From Tubiluchus corallicola (taxonomy: Eukaryota > Animalia > Priapulida), in NCBI GenBank assembly GCA_030141605.1, contig JAQGDQ010000423.1:136390-200389 (forward strand): a stretch of DNA of 64,000 nt, given 5' to 3'. The notes under the pieces were generated by a model that saw only the letters and a list, made by a program, of their open reading frames with translations, did not search any database and was not told where the DNA came from. This document shows, piece by piece, positions 38,606 to 51,236 of the stretch (position 1 is its first letter; each line of letters begins with the position of its first letter). A program made the translations under genes and the position numbers.

Positions 38606-38976
38606 TGTTGTGTTTTGTTTCTCTCGGAAGGCTCGTAGAGAAAACCAGAAAACACGTCGTCAAATTAAACTAGTTTATTACGCGAGAATTCTACAACACA
38701 AAAGTATGAACGAACGCGAAATGATTACACTAAACGTGAAAATCTGGAAAACGTTTGAGTGTATCTGAAAATGCAAGTATACAAGAGAATGTGTAAGTGG
38801 CGTCCATGTGAATCTGCGTGTGTGTGTCTCAGCGGCCTGCTTTGCCTTATATAGTGTGCCAGGGGACATTTTAGACGTTTCTTTCTAGAACATTCTACAA
38901 GGTAAGACGATTATTCTAACGGAACATTCTACAATGTTCTATTTAATTCTAATAGATGCCAGCGATCTCCACACCA
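38606..38976 (-). mobile_element. Solo LTR (371 bp)
   Basis: TG...CA termini and perfect 5-bp TSD CTTTA (38601-38605, 38977-38981). The minus strand carries TATATAAG (38846-38853) and AATAAA (38674-38679) in U3-R-U5 order. Confidence 0.85.
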
Positions 38977-39597
38977 CTTTATCTTTACTATTCTCTGTTT
39001 TTCTAAATTCTTTCTCTTGTTAGCTAAGCAGTTTTTTCCACTATTCATGATGGTTTCACCAGCTTTGCTTCTCGACCGCCATGCAGCAAATATTTCCCAT
39101 TGATAAACTATTATGTAGTTTAGTAACTATATTAATATTGTTCTTTTACAATTATTGTAATTATACTTACATTTTTCACTAACTATACCACGTAATATCA
39201 TTTCAATATAATATTGTTACAATTATTGTAACTATTGTTATAATCATAAATGAGAGTAACTGATTGGAATTATGGCTTTATTCCAATTTAAAGAGCAGCG
39301 CCATTCCCATTACAAGTTAAGGTGCACTGCCTAAAAGAACACCAAACCATAGTGTTGTAACAGTCATAGATATTAATTAGTTACTCAACATAACCACTAT
39401 GTTTGATTTATAATAGTTGTAAATGCAAATTGTAATAATGCTGAAGTGGATAATGAATTACAAATTACAATTACAAAGTTGTACAGCAGATACCACTGCA
39501 GCAAGTATGAGAATCATTACAACACAGCGTCATAATAAAGAAAAATAAACAGAATTGCGGCCTGGAAACGTATGAACTCAGTAAATCAAATGTACTG

Positions 39598-40116
39598 CAG
39601 GGAAGAGAATGACAAATTGCAAAAAACTCTGAAACAGGCCGGGGAATTGGGGGCCGCGTAGGCCCCCAATGGTTGAGGGGCAAAGCCCCCTTGGAGCCAG
39701 CAACAAATTGCAATTTTGTGACCATAGAGAGCCTCTAAGTGGACTGAAAATATCAGTTACCTTGTTTCATGCATAATTTAAAATACGCAACTATCAAGGA
39801 TACATGATAGCTAATTGTCTCAAAAATGCCTAAGTACTGGCCACTCCTATGCAAAAATATATAAAAACTGTCTGCAATTGACTCAAATAACTCCGCACAA
39901 TTGATTCTATATTTTTATACATAGAGATAAACACGTGGTTACACTGATGTACGCGATGTAAACAAAGTGACGGCCTGCCACCTAGCGGTCAGCTTGTGAA
40001 ATAACGTACTGGGTCCGTAAAAATTTTCTCAACGAATTTACGCGATTTACAAAATGGCACTACTGGTCTTCCAAAAACTCGGAATTCCGCGTATCTGCGG
40101 AAAATTCTCATCCCTG
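39598..40116. mobile_element. hAT-like MITE family E copy
   Basis: Reverse complement of 27022-27539; flanks GTACTG/GTACAG. Confidence 0.88.
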
Positions 40117-40149
40117 GTACAGGGTGCACTAAAAGATCAAGCACGTTAC

Positions 40150-40308
40150 CTCGTTAGTTGCCGTTTTAATGAGAATCAACGTGGGTTCGTGACCGTCAAC
40201 TTTGTCAAAAAACGTCGTGATGCTGGTGCCGTGCTCCTCCGTGGTGAAGATGAGTTCGGGTTCGAATATGGTCATGCGAGCGGGTAACCAATGCCACACC
40301 AGATGCAA
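40150..40308 (-). CDS. TBC1D24: TBC1D24/skywalker exon (TLDc N-terminus)
   Basis: LHLVWHWLPARMTIFEPELIFTTEEHGTSITTFFDKVDGHEPTLILIKTATNE; acceptor TATTTGCAG, donor GTAAC; 159 nt, phase 0-0. Confidence 0.93.
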
Positions 40309-40462
40309 CTGCAAATAATGTCAAGATTGAACCAGATGCAACTGGAAATAATGTCAAGATTGAACCAGATGCAACTGGAAATAATGTCAAGATTGAACCA
40401 GGTGCAACTGGAAATAATGTCAAGATTGAACCAGATGCAACTGGAAATAATGTCAAGATTGA
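40298..40462. repeat. 33-bp tandem repeat x5 spanning the acceptor site
   Basis: Minus-strand unit TCAATCTTGACATTATTT(C/G)CAG|TTGCATCTGGT. Confidence 0.95.
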
Positions 40463-40520
40463 AAAGTTAAGCACCAACATCAGTAAAAAGCAAGCATGTT
40501 TGATATATAGCGTTCATAGT

Positions 40521-40955
40521 AGAATAAACTTTGCATAACTCAAATCTAAAAAAACGAAAAAAGCTTTTGAGTCCGGCGATGTTGACCATTTTCCAACGTA
40601 GAAAACTCTAAACCCCTCCTCCAGATGGCGAGCGAAATAGACGGTAGAAAGTCAGCCCTTCTATACGTAAATGTTGAGATTTGATGAGAATTACATAAAG
40701 AATAACAAATTATGCAGTGAAACATGATTTTTATGTTACAAAACGACACATACACAACACTGTTAGTCAAAATGACAACAGGGATAGAGTATAAAGTGTA
40801 TTTTTGAGTTAGGCGAAGTAAATTACACATATTTTGATTAAATGGACCATAATTTTTTATTTGAGTCAGGTGAAATTTTGAGTTAAACTGTGTTTTTTGT
40901 GGGAAAAACAAAGGAACTAAAATTCATTGAGTTATGTGAAAATTTGAGTTACGCA
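40521..40955. mobile_element. Degenerate family G MITE
   Basis: AATAAACTTTGCATAACTC...TTGAGTTACGC. Confidence 0.7.
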
Positions 40956-41210
40956 AATATAATAATACTATAAAAGAAATAGTTAGCAGAACTAGTTATC
41001 CTTGGTCACCTATCTAAGCACAAAGCGTGACCACTCGATTATTTCTCTTACCCCAATAGATAGGAATCTGGAAGCATAAGGACAATGTATAATATTATGC
41101 AATATTAGCTTTTTGATAACAGTCGAAACTTCATTATATGCAGTGAAGAATTTTCACTAATTTTGACAATAATGCTTTCAATCATTCACTTTAATCTGAT
41201 TCTTCTAAAT

Positions 41211-41725
41211 CAGGGGTGTGCAAATTGCAGCCCGCGGGCCACTTGCGGCCCACCGAGAGAATTTGTGTGGTCAGCGACGAGATTTGTCAACCTAATGAAA
41301 GTGCGGCCCGGGCGATTAATTGAGTGTATCCAGCTGAAGTCCGTGCCACGATCCCAAAGATTCTAGTAGATCGGATGCCATTAACCCTTACAAGACGGTT
41401 GTCGCTTAATAACACTGTACAACACAGACTGTGTGATACACATTACTAATATGCATTGTAATGAAATTACCACTATCTGTCCTGAAAGTAGAAATATATG
41501 GTTTGTAATGTAAATTTTAATAACGTCTAAAATAGTTTCTTGAGTGTAGTAGTAATGATGTACGCAGGTCGGATGCAAAAAAATCATTATTAGACCTTTC
41601 TGTACTTGGCTCCTTGATCAAACTGCCTGTGGCCCACAGGAATTGTGGGAAAGTTTAATGTGGCCCACAGGAATTGTGGGAAAGTTTAATGTGGCCCGGC
41701 TAGTCAGATAATTTGCACACCCCTG
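41211..41725. mobile_element. hAT MITE family D copy
   Basis: CAGGGGTGTGCAAATT...AATTTGCACACCCCTG; TSD TTCTAAAT/TGCTAAAT; internal 31-bp duplication at ~41630-41697. Confidence 0.88.
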
Positions 41726-41967
41726 TGCTAAATTCAATGGAAAACAGCGTCATAGCTCAAAAAAGTAAAAATACGTTTTCTACAGCAATAAAACAACTGA
41801 AAAAAGTCAAACCAATCACAGTATTTACAGTAAGTATGATGAAAAAGAAAAACAATGGCAAGTCAGAGTGATGCTGATCCCAGCTCAGCTTCCATGCAAG
41901 GTAAACATTCAATAAAACAGGTAGCAATTAACACAGTAGCACAATATTACTAAATCCATGCTAAAGA

Positions 41968-42378
41968 CAGGGTTCCCACGATCAGGGAAAATCCTGGAAA
42001 ATTCTTGAAAATACAGGCTATCCTAGAAAGTCAGGGAAAAGATAATTTGATAAAAAGTTGGGAAAAATGATGAAAATGGGACGAAAAATCAGGGAAATTG
42101 GAAAGGGTTGCAAAAATAATCACAGTGAATCGATAATTTTCCAAACGTATTTTTCAGTGATTCGTGTTAGAACAAAATCTTGCTATGGCAGGTTCCCAGT
42201 TTCGATTTCTATTCCAAAAATAGTGATTGGATTAAGAAAGTTATGTATCTGTATGTCTATGAATGACACAAAAATGTCTGTATATTTCTGCAATTCGTGC
42301 TTATCCTGGTCATGGAAAATCAATATTTGGTCAGGGAAAAGTCAGGGAAATTTATTTTAAAATTGCGTGCGAACCCTG
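41968..42378. mobile_element. hAT-like MITE
   Basis: TIR CAGGGTTCCCAC / GTGCGAACCCTG, CAGGGAAA subterminal repeats, flanks TAAAGA/TACAGA. Confidence 0.75.
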
Positions 42379-42558
42379 TACAGATCAAGAAACTCCGGAA
42401 TGAACACCATTACAGCTATGTACTAGCTATACACCATCTCAGCATTAAGTAAACTCAATTTTTACACCATTAAATATTTACATCAGAAACATACTAACTA
42501 ATCATATTTACGTAACGATTCCACACTAAACATTTTCCTAAATGTCTTTAATACAATA

Positions 42559-43072
42559 AGCCTTTCACAGTTCCAGCGATTGATGATGATCGTGAAAAGG
42601 TCAAAGGTTAAAGGTTAAGTGTACTACACAACACATTTGTATACGCTTTACAACGCCTCCCAGCCCAAGCTATTGCAATGGTAACACTTCTAACGTGTTT
42701 TAACAGCTAGCTAGAACCTTACCTAGTTCATTTTTACTTGTTTTCAAGCTAGATCCTGCTAGTAAATCACTCTACGCACAGACTAATGCATTATTACGTA
42801 AAGTCCACGTAAAACAACTGATTTTACTGAAGTGATGCGGCGCAGACAGCTTTGCTTTACACACTTGTCATGTGACGGTTGTTGTTAAGACTCGTTGCTG
42901 TGGTACACTTAACCTTTGACCTAAACAACTGATGTTGCTAAAGTGATGAGGCAGACAGCTTTGCTTTACACACTTGTCATGTGACGGTTGTTGTTGAGAC
43001 TCATTGCTGTGGTACGCTTAACCTTTGACCTACAGCAACTGTGCGTGCGCACAACAAAACTGTGAAAGGGCT
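42559..43072 (+). mobile_element. MITE family A copy
   Basis: TA-AGCCTTTCACAGTT...AACTGTGAAAGGGCT-TA, with an internal duplication. Confidence 0.85.
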
Positions 43073-43506
43073 TATTTCCAACGTAACACAATCATTAGTA
43101 CTCGGATAAATATGCAAAAACTGGTAAGGAAATTCTGCAAATGCAACAAAAACAATGTGGATAAAACCAATGCAATTTGGACAACGAAAAAGTTGCACAA
43201 AATGTTGCACAATTTAACTCTAACTGCCACTATCAACTAATTGATTGTTTTTGAGTGAAAATATTGGTTAATCTGTTCTTCAAAGCGGTGAAAAAGAGCA
43301 TAACTCATATTAAACATAAAAGCATTCGAACAGAGGTAGAGGGAGCCATGCGTGTTGAGCTGACTTACTTGTTCTGACGTCACTACCAATGATTTCACAT
43401 AGTTCAGAACTAAGAAACCAGCTGAGTGCGACCTTTGATATATCATCTGTCAGCATTCAATAATACAATAAGAATTATCTGCATATTTTAAACTTATGCA
43501 TTTCAG

Positions 43507-44126
43507 CAGAGGCGTAGCAAAGTGGGGGGCGACAGGGGGGCAATGATTATAGAGGGCACGAAATTCTTATAGAGTTCAATGACTGTTAATTATTAATTAC
43601 TAATCCGACATTAACACAACAGTTAACAAAAGTATTCAAACTACAACAAAATTGCCTAGTCAGAGATCATTGTAGCTGATTTAATTACTACCTACAGCCT
43701 AGAAAAAAGGCTAATGTTGTTACTTAACATTGTGTGCAGGGTGTGGGGGTGTGACTTAGCAGATTTTTGGGAGAAACAGTGACGTTTCTCTAAATGCTGA
43801 TTGTATTATTGTGAAAACCTCTAGTGTTCTGTATCTTTCATAACCTTTGCAAGTTCTAATGTTGGAGCTGAATGTCTAGCTACTGTCGTGATACGAACAG
43901 CTTTTCCCATAGAAGACAGTTATTCTAGTGCAATACTGCTAATCAAACTCCGGGCGATTCTTACAAAAAAATTGTTTATCTTTGTCCCATCATGTTAAAA
44001 TAGGAAAGTTGGTTCATGGACGCAAAAAACACGCAAAATTTATGGATTCACCCACAAAGTAAATGAACAAAACATCACCGGAAGCTTTCCTGCCCCCGGG
44101 GACCACAAACACTTGTTACGCCACTG
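43507..44126 (+). mobile_element. hAT-like MITE family F, complete copy
   Basis: CAGAGGCGTAGC...GTTACGCCACTG; 8-bp TSD CATTTCAG/CATTTCAC. Confidence 0.88.
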
Positions 44127-44305
44127 CATTTCACACTAGACATGATATTCATATTTTAAACAGAATTCAGATTTGCTGATTGGTTCAAGCTAACCTTGTA
44201 AAAAGTAGGTTCAATGTCATAACATATTGATTAAAAATGTTATTGCATGTGAAGCATAAGTGTCACGAATTTTGTGGAGTGAATGTGCAACTAGCCCTAC
44301 AAACA

Positions 44306-47300
44306 CAGTACTTATTACAGTGCATTGGCAGTACTTATTACAGTGCATTAGCAGTACTTATTACAGTGCATTGGTAGTACTTATTACAGTGCATTGGCAG
44401 TACTTATTACAGTGCATTGGCAGTACTTATTACAGTGCATTGGCAGTACTTATTACAGTGCATTGGCAGTACTTATTACAGTGCATTGGTAGTACTTATT
44501 ACAGTGCATTGGCAGTACTTATTACAGTGCATTGGCAGCACATATTACAGTGCATTGGCAGTACTTATTACAGTGCATTGGCAGCACATATTACAGTGCA
44601 TTGGCAGTACTTATTACAGTGCATTGGCAGTACTTATTACAGTGCATTAGCAGTACTTATTACAGTGCATTGGTAGTACTTATTACAGTGCATTGGCAGT
44701 ACTTATTACAGTGCATTGGCAGTACTTATTACAGTGCATTGGTAGTACTTATTACAGTGCATTGGCAGTACTTATTACAGTGCATTGGCAGCACATATTA
44801 CAGTGCATTGGCAGTACTTATTACAGTGCATTGGCAGCACATATTACAGTGCATTGGCAGTACTTATTACAGTGCATTGGCAGTACTTATTACAGTGCAT
44901 TGGCAGCACATATTACAGTGCATTGGCAGCACATATTACAGTGCATTGGCAGTACTTATTACAGTGCATTGGCAGCACATATTACAGTGCATTGGCAGTA
45001 CTTATTACAGTGCATTGGCAGCACATATTACAGTGCATTGGCAGTACTTATTACAGTGCATTGGCAGTACTTATTACAGTGCATTGGTAGTACTTATTAC
45101 AGTGCATTGGCAGTACTTATTACAGTGCATTGGCAGCACATATTACAGTGCATTGGCAGTACTTATTACAGTGCATTGGCAGTACTTATTACAGTGCATT
45201 GGCAGTACTTATTACAGTGCATTGGTAGTACTTATTACAGTGCATTGGCAGTACTTATAACAGTGCATTGCCAGTACTTATTACAGTGCATTGCCAGTAC
45301 TTATTACAGTGCATTGCCAGTACTTATTACAGTGCATTGGCAGTACTTATTACAGTGCATTGGCAGTACTTATTACAGTGCATTGGCAGCACATATTACA
45401 GTGCATTGGCAGTACTTATTACAGTGCATTGCCAGTACTTATTACAGTGCATTGCCAGTACTTATTACAGTGCATTGGCAGTACTTATTACAGTGCATTG
45501 GCAGTACTTATTACAGTGCATTGGCAGCACATATTACAGTGCATTGGCAGTACTTATTACAGTCCATTGGCAGTACTTATTACAGTGCATTGGCAGTACT
45601 TATTACAGTGCATTGGCAGCACATATTACAGTGCATTGGCAGTACTTATTACAGTGCATTGGCAGTACTTATTACAGTCCATTGGCAGTACTTATTACAG
45701 TGCATTGGCAGTACTTATTACAGTGCATTGGCAGCACATATTACAGTGCATTGGCAGTACTTATTACAGTGCATTGCCAGTACTTATTACAGTGCATTGG
45801 CAGCACATATTACAGTGCATTGGTAGTACTTATTACAGTGCATTGGCAGTACTTATTACAGTGCATTGGCAGCACATATTACAGTGCATTGGTAGTACTT
45901 ATTACAGTGCATTGGCAGTACTTATTACAGTGCATTGGCAGTACTTATTACAGTGCATTGGTAGTACTTATTACAGTGCATTGGCAGTACTTATTACAGT
46001 GCATTGGCAGCACATATTACAGTGCATTGGCAGTACTTATTACAGTGCATTGGCAGTACTTATTACAGTGCATTGGCAGTACTTATTACAGTGCATTGGT
46101 AGTACTTATTACAGTGCATTGGCAGTACTTATAACAGTGCATTGCCAGTACTTATTACAGTGCATTGCCAGTACTTATTACAGTGCATTGGCAGTACTTA
46201 TTACAGTGCATTGGCAGTACTTATTACAGTGCATTGGCAGTACTTATTACAGTGCATTGGCAGTACTTATTACAGTGCATTGGCAGCACATATTACAGTG
46301 CATTGGCAGTACTTATTACAGTGCATTGCCAGTACTTATTACAGTGCATTGCCAGTACTTATTACAGTGCATTGGCAGTACTTATTACAGTGCATTGGCA
46401 GTACTTATTACAGTGCATTGGCAGCACATATTACAGTGCATTGGCAGTACTTATTACAGTCCATTGGCAGTACTTATTACAGTGCATTGGCAGTACTTAT
46501 TACAGTGCATTGGCAGCACATATTACAGTGCATTGGCAGTACTTATTACAGTGCATTGGCAGTACTTATTACAGTCCATTGGCAGTACTTATTACAGTGC
46601 ATTGGCAGTACTTATTACAGTGCATTGGCAGCACATATTACAGTGCATTGGCAGTACTTATTACAGTGCATTGCCAGTACTTATTACAGTGCATTGGCAG
46701 CACATATTACAGTGCATTGGCAGTACTTATTACAGTCCATTGGCAGTACTTATTACAGTGCATTGGCAGTACTTATTACAGTGCATTGGCAGTACTTATT
46801 ACAGTGCATTGGTAGTACTTATTACAGTGCATTGGCAGTACTTATTACAGTGCATTGGCAGCACATATTACAGTGCATTGGCAGTACTTATTACAGTGCA
46901 TTGGCAGTACTTATTACAGTGCATTGGTAGTACTTATTACAGTGCATTGGCAGTACTTATAACAGTGCATTGCCAGTACTTATTACAGTGCATTGCCAGT
47001 ACTTATTACAGTGCATTGCCAGTACTTATTACAGTGCATTGGCAGTACTTATTACAGTGCATTGGCAGTACTTATTACAGTGCATTGCCAGTACTTATTA
47101 CAGTGCATTGCCAGTACTTATTACAGTGCATTGGCAGAACTTATTACAGTCCATTGGCAGTACTTATTACAGTGCATTGGCAGTACTTATTACAGTGCAT
47201 TGGCAGTACTTATTACAGTGCATTGGTAGTACTTATTACAGTGCATTGGCAGAACTTATTACAGTCCATTGGCAGTACTTATTACAGTGCATTGCCAGTA

Positions 47301-47939
47301 CTTATTACAGTGCATTGGCAGTACTTATTACAGTGCATTAGCAGTACTTATTACAGTGCATTGCCAGTACTTATTACAGTGCATTGGCAGTACTTATTAC
47401 AGTCCATTGGCAGTACTTATTACAGTGCATTGGCAGTACTTATTACAGTGCATTGGCAGTATTTATGACAGTGCATTGGTAGTACTTATTACAGTGCATT
47501 GGCAGTACTTATTACAGTGCATTGGCAGTACTTATTACAGTGCATTGCCAGTACTTATTACAGTGCATTGCCAGTACTTATTACAGTGCATTGGCAGAAC
47601 TTATTACAGTCCATTGGCAGTACTTATTACAGTGCATTGGCAGTACTTATTACAGTGCATTGGTAGTACTTATTACAGTGCATTGGCAGTACTTATTACA
47701 GTGCATTGGCAGCACATATTACAGTGCATTGGCAGTACTTATTACAGTGCATTGGCAGTACTTATTACAGTGCATTGGCAGTACTTATTTCAGTGCAATG
47801 GCAGTACTTATTACAGTGCATTGGCAGTGCTTATTACAGTGCATTGGCAGTATTTATGACAGTGCATTGGTAGTACTTATTACAGTGCATTGGCAGTACT
47901 TATTACAGTGCATTGGCACTACTTATTACAGTGCATTGG
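44306..47939. repeat. 23-bp satellite x~158 (3.6 kb), intronic
   Basis: Unit CAGTACTTATTACAGTGCATTGG, with variants (GCACATAT, TGGTAG, TGCCAG, GTCCAT). Confidence 0.99.
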
Positions 47940-48951
47940 TGCACATACCTCACAAGTGTGCATCTAATATGTCCAAGTACAAGTTACATGTAATTCTAAA
48001 GTTATTATCATTATTATATTACTGAGCAATAATAATCACGTGAAAATAAGGCCAGAATTAAAGTGATAAGGGACCAGGTGACTCAGTTCAGAAATTGCTA
48101 AGCAGTTGATGTTATTATTTTCGTTGCAACATGAAGTTACCAATAAATTGTTACCCCAACAGGAAAGTGGGTGACATATGACAACTTCCGCTCAAAGTGT
48201 CGGTACTACAAGAAAATAATCGCATTGGCAAATGCATCAAGTAAGTTTTTGGTAAAACTAATTTTCACATTAATAGTAACTGTAACATGAAGTAAAATGA
48301 CTTTTTATTTCACATTAATAGTAACTGTAACTGCAAGTAAAATGACTGGTTTTATTTCACGTTAATACAGTAGTGTGCATGCGGCCACGTAAACATGCAC
48401 GAAATAGGAAGCTGCACTCTAAGTAGAGAAAGCACTGTCACTCACACAGTGCCGACGTTGTTGTACAAGTGTAAAAGGCGGTGTTTGTTTTTGACTAAAT
48501 TTTCTTTCTATAAGTTTGTATCATTTTGTAGTGTGCATGCGGCCATGTAAACATGTCCGAGATAGGAAACTGCACTCTAAGTAGAAAAAGCACTGTCACT
48601 CACACAGTGCCGACGTTGTTCTACAAGTGTAAGGCGGTATTTTTTTGACTAAATTTCGTTTTTATAAGTTTGTATCATTTTACACAATATTAAAACAACG
48701 GCTAAAAATGGAAGACTTAATAAAAAATTCCAAAATAAAGAAATTGAATAAGACGTGGCTGGTTAAAGTATGACGTCTTTCTAATTTCTCCATTCTGAGA
48801 TTTTTTATTAATTCAGTTTTACGTTCACAAGCAAATGGCAGATGTTTGATTTTCCAGAAAATTTAGTGCCACACAAAAAAACCCACAAACCAAAACATCA
48901 CCAAAGTGTGCAACGGTCACCATGGTAACGATATCAGTACTAGTCAATTAC

Positions 48952-49167
48952 CTGTCCGGTTAAGTGGCCAGCCGTGTTCGCGGCCAAACGGTCGTAGGAC
49001 GGAGACACTTTCATGTTCAGGTCCAAGGACGACCGGCGCTGATGACCGTGCATTCCTCCGCCGGAAGTGATGTCGGCGATGTTCTGCTCGCTGCGGATGA
49101 ACATCTCGTTTCTCAGCAGCATCCGGTTAATCTCCTTCCTCCGCAAACCACGAATTCCGAATGACGT
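48952..49167 (-). CDS. TBC1D24: TBC1D24/skywalker linker exon
   Basis: TSFGIRGLRRKEINRMLLRNEMFIRSEQ...AANTAGHLTGQ; acceptor TTTTGCTCAG, donor GTAATT; 216 nt, phase 0-0; GC-rich. Confidence 0.88.
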
Positions 49168-50065
49168 CTGAGCAAAAAAAGCATGTTAGATAAATGTAAT
49201 TGTAGTGGGTGCATAGGCCCTTTTTTTGGTTTTAATTTAGTTTTCAATTACTGCCATGGTGCTGCCACCTGTTTGTTTATTTAGTAAGCTTTTTACCTTT
49301 TACACTAGTCACTCTTTTAAAATTGAAGCACCTAATATCCTTCAATACATTGGGCCTTTCGTGAGCTATAGCTGTAGTAGTTGTCTGACATTTTACCCGT
49401 CTTTTGGTTCTCTCCGCCATTGCTCTATTTTTATGACTGTGATGAGCATTATGACTGTGAATTTCTTACGAGTTTATTGTTGTGACATTGTTGTTCTTAA
49501 GGTTACTTGGAGTTCTCATTCCTGTCTTTGTAACTGTTAAAGGCTCTAACAACGTAAGTTATTGTTAATTAAGTTCAATATAGTTTACATAATTTTTATA
49601 TCAGTGCTTGGTTATAGCAATAGATTTAACATGCAACTAATTTTCTTCTACTCAATGCAAGTTAAACTAAATGTTAATAATTGTCTTTCAGAATAAAGAA
49701 ACTTTTGGTCAACACGTCAAACTGGTGTTTTGTATCCATTTCAGTAATAAACCACCCCGGGGGCGGGGGGTTGGGTTAAAAAGTTTAGGCTCCTCAAAAA
49801 ACAACAAAATTTCACTCACTTTAACTATGTTAAAACTCAGGGTCGATGCTAGGAAGAGAGGGGCCCAATTAGAAAATTGTTAGTGGGGCCCTTGTTGCAC
49901 AAAAGACGAAGATTTTGTAGTACTTTTTACAGTACTTCAAAATGTGATGTGATATGAAAAATCATTCAGTTTTCCTTTACACATATGTATGTATAACAGC
50001 AGCAAAATAAAATTACTGACCAAAAAGTTTCACAACGCCGCCAATAGAGGGCAGCAAAAGCTTAC

Positions 50066-50172
50066 TTTCAAGAGTTTGTCAACCGGAATTCTAATGTTCT
50101 GGCAGAAGGCCGATATTGCTTCGTGCAGTTCTCTTCCCGTTTCATCCTCAAAGTGGCCAGAATGTCTCTTTC
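50066..50172 (-). CDS. TBC1D24: TBC1D24/skywalker exon
   Basis: (G)KRHSGHFEDETGRELHEAISAFCQNIRIPVDKLLK; acceptor TTTTTCCAG, donor GTAAGC; phase 1-0. Confidence 0.88.
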
Positions 50173-50243
50173 CTGGAAAAATAAAGGAGTGAAAACTGAG
50201 TAGTTGTAGTGGTGACACTGCAAGACAGTTTCTTTTAAATTAC

Positions 50244-51101
50244 CAGTGGCGTAGCAAGTGTTTGTGGTGCCTTGGGGCAAATACAATCTGATGCCCTACC
50301 CTTTTAATGTTTTGATCATTTGTTTCATGGGTGAAGCCACAAATTGTGCATATTTTTTGCATCCCTGAGCCCGACTTCCCTTTTCGACATGATGGGGTAA
50401 AGACAAACGAATTTTTTCTAAGAATCACTCCGAGTTTGATGTGTGGTACTGCAGCAGAGTAACTCTTTTCTATGTTGCTCATAACACTCTTGTCCTTAAA
50501 CATTCAGCTCCAGCATTAAAACATGGAAAGATTATGAAAGATACAGAACACTGCAGGTTTTCATAATAATACAGTCGGTATTTAGAGAAACGTCACTGTT
50601 TCTTCCAAAAATTATCAATCTGCTGAGCCACACGCAGTTAAATAACAACATTAGCCCTTTTTCTAGGCTGTCCGCAGTAATTAAGTCAGTTATGATGATC
50701 TCTGACTCGACAATTTTGTTGTTGTTTGAAAACTTTTGTTAACTGTTGTGTTAATGTCGGATTAGTAATTACTAATTAACAGTCATTAAACTCTATAAGA
50801 ATTTTGTGCCCTCTAATCATTGCCCCCTGTCGCCCCACCTTGCTACGCCTCTGCTGAAATGCATAAGTTTAAAATATGCAGATAATTCTTATTGTATTAT
50901 TGAATGCTGACAGATGATATATCAAAGGTCGCTACGATGATCTCAGACTACGCAATTTTGTTCTAGTTTGAAAACGTGCGTTAACTGCTAATGTTGGGTT
51001 AGTAATTAATATTTAACAGTCATAGAACACTAGAAGAACTTTACACCCTTGCACCCGGGGGCGATTGCCCCCCTGTCGACCCCCACCTTGCCACGCCTCT
51101 G
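50244..51101 (-). mobile_element. hAT-like MITE family F copy with an internal templated insertion
   Basis: Ends CAGTGGCGTAGC (50244) and ACGCCTCTG (51101); TSD TAAATTAC/CAAATTAT; a second terminus at 50853 is followed by foreign flank. Confidence 0.8.
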
Positions 51102-51236
51102 CAAATTATCAAATAACAATATATTATGGTTGCAATGTTAGTCATTGATCGTCTACGATGTTTAAGCAACTCACAGAAAATTCTGATCTTCTTGTAAATT
51201 GTCATTTCATAGATAAAATATTTGACAATATGACGT

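Noticed and set aside
44260-48025. Long ORFs up to 725 aa (VLITVHWQYLLQCIGSTYYSALA repeats)
   Set aside because: By-product of a stop-poor 23-bp satellite; all three frames give the same periodic peptide.
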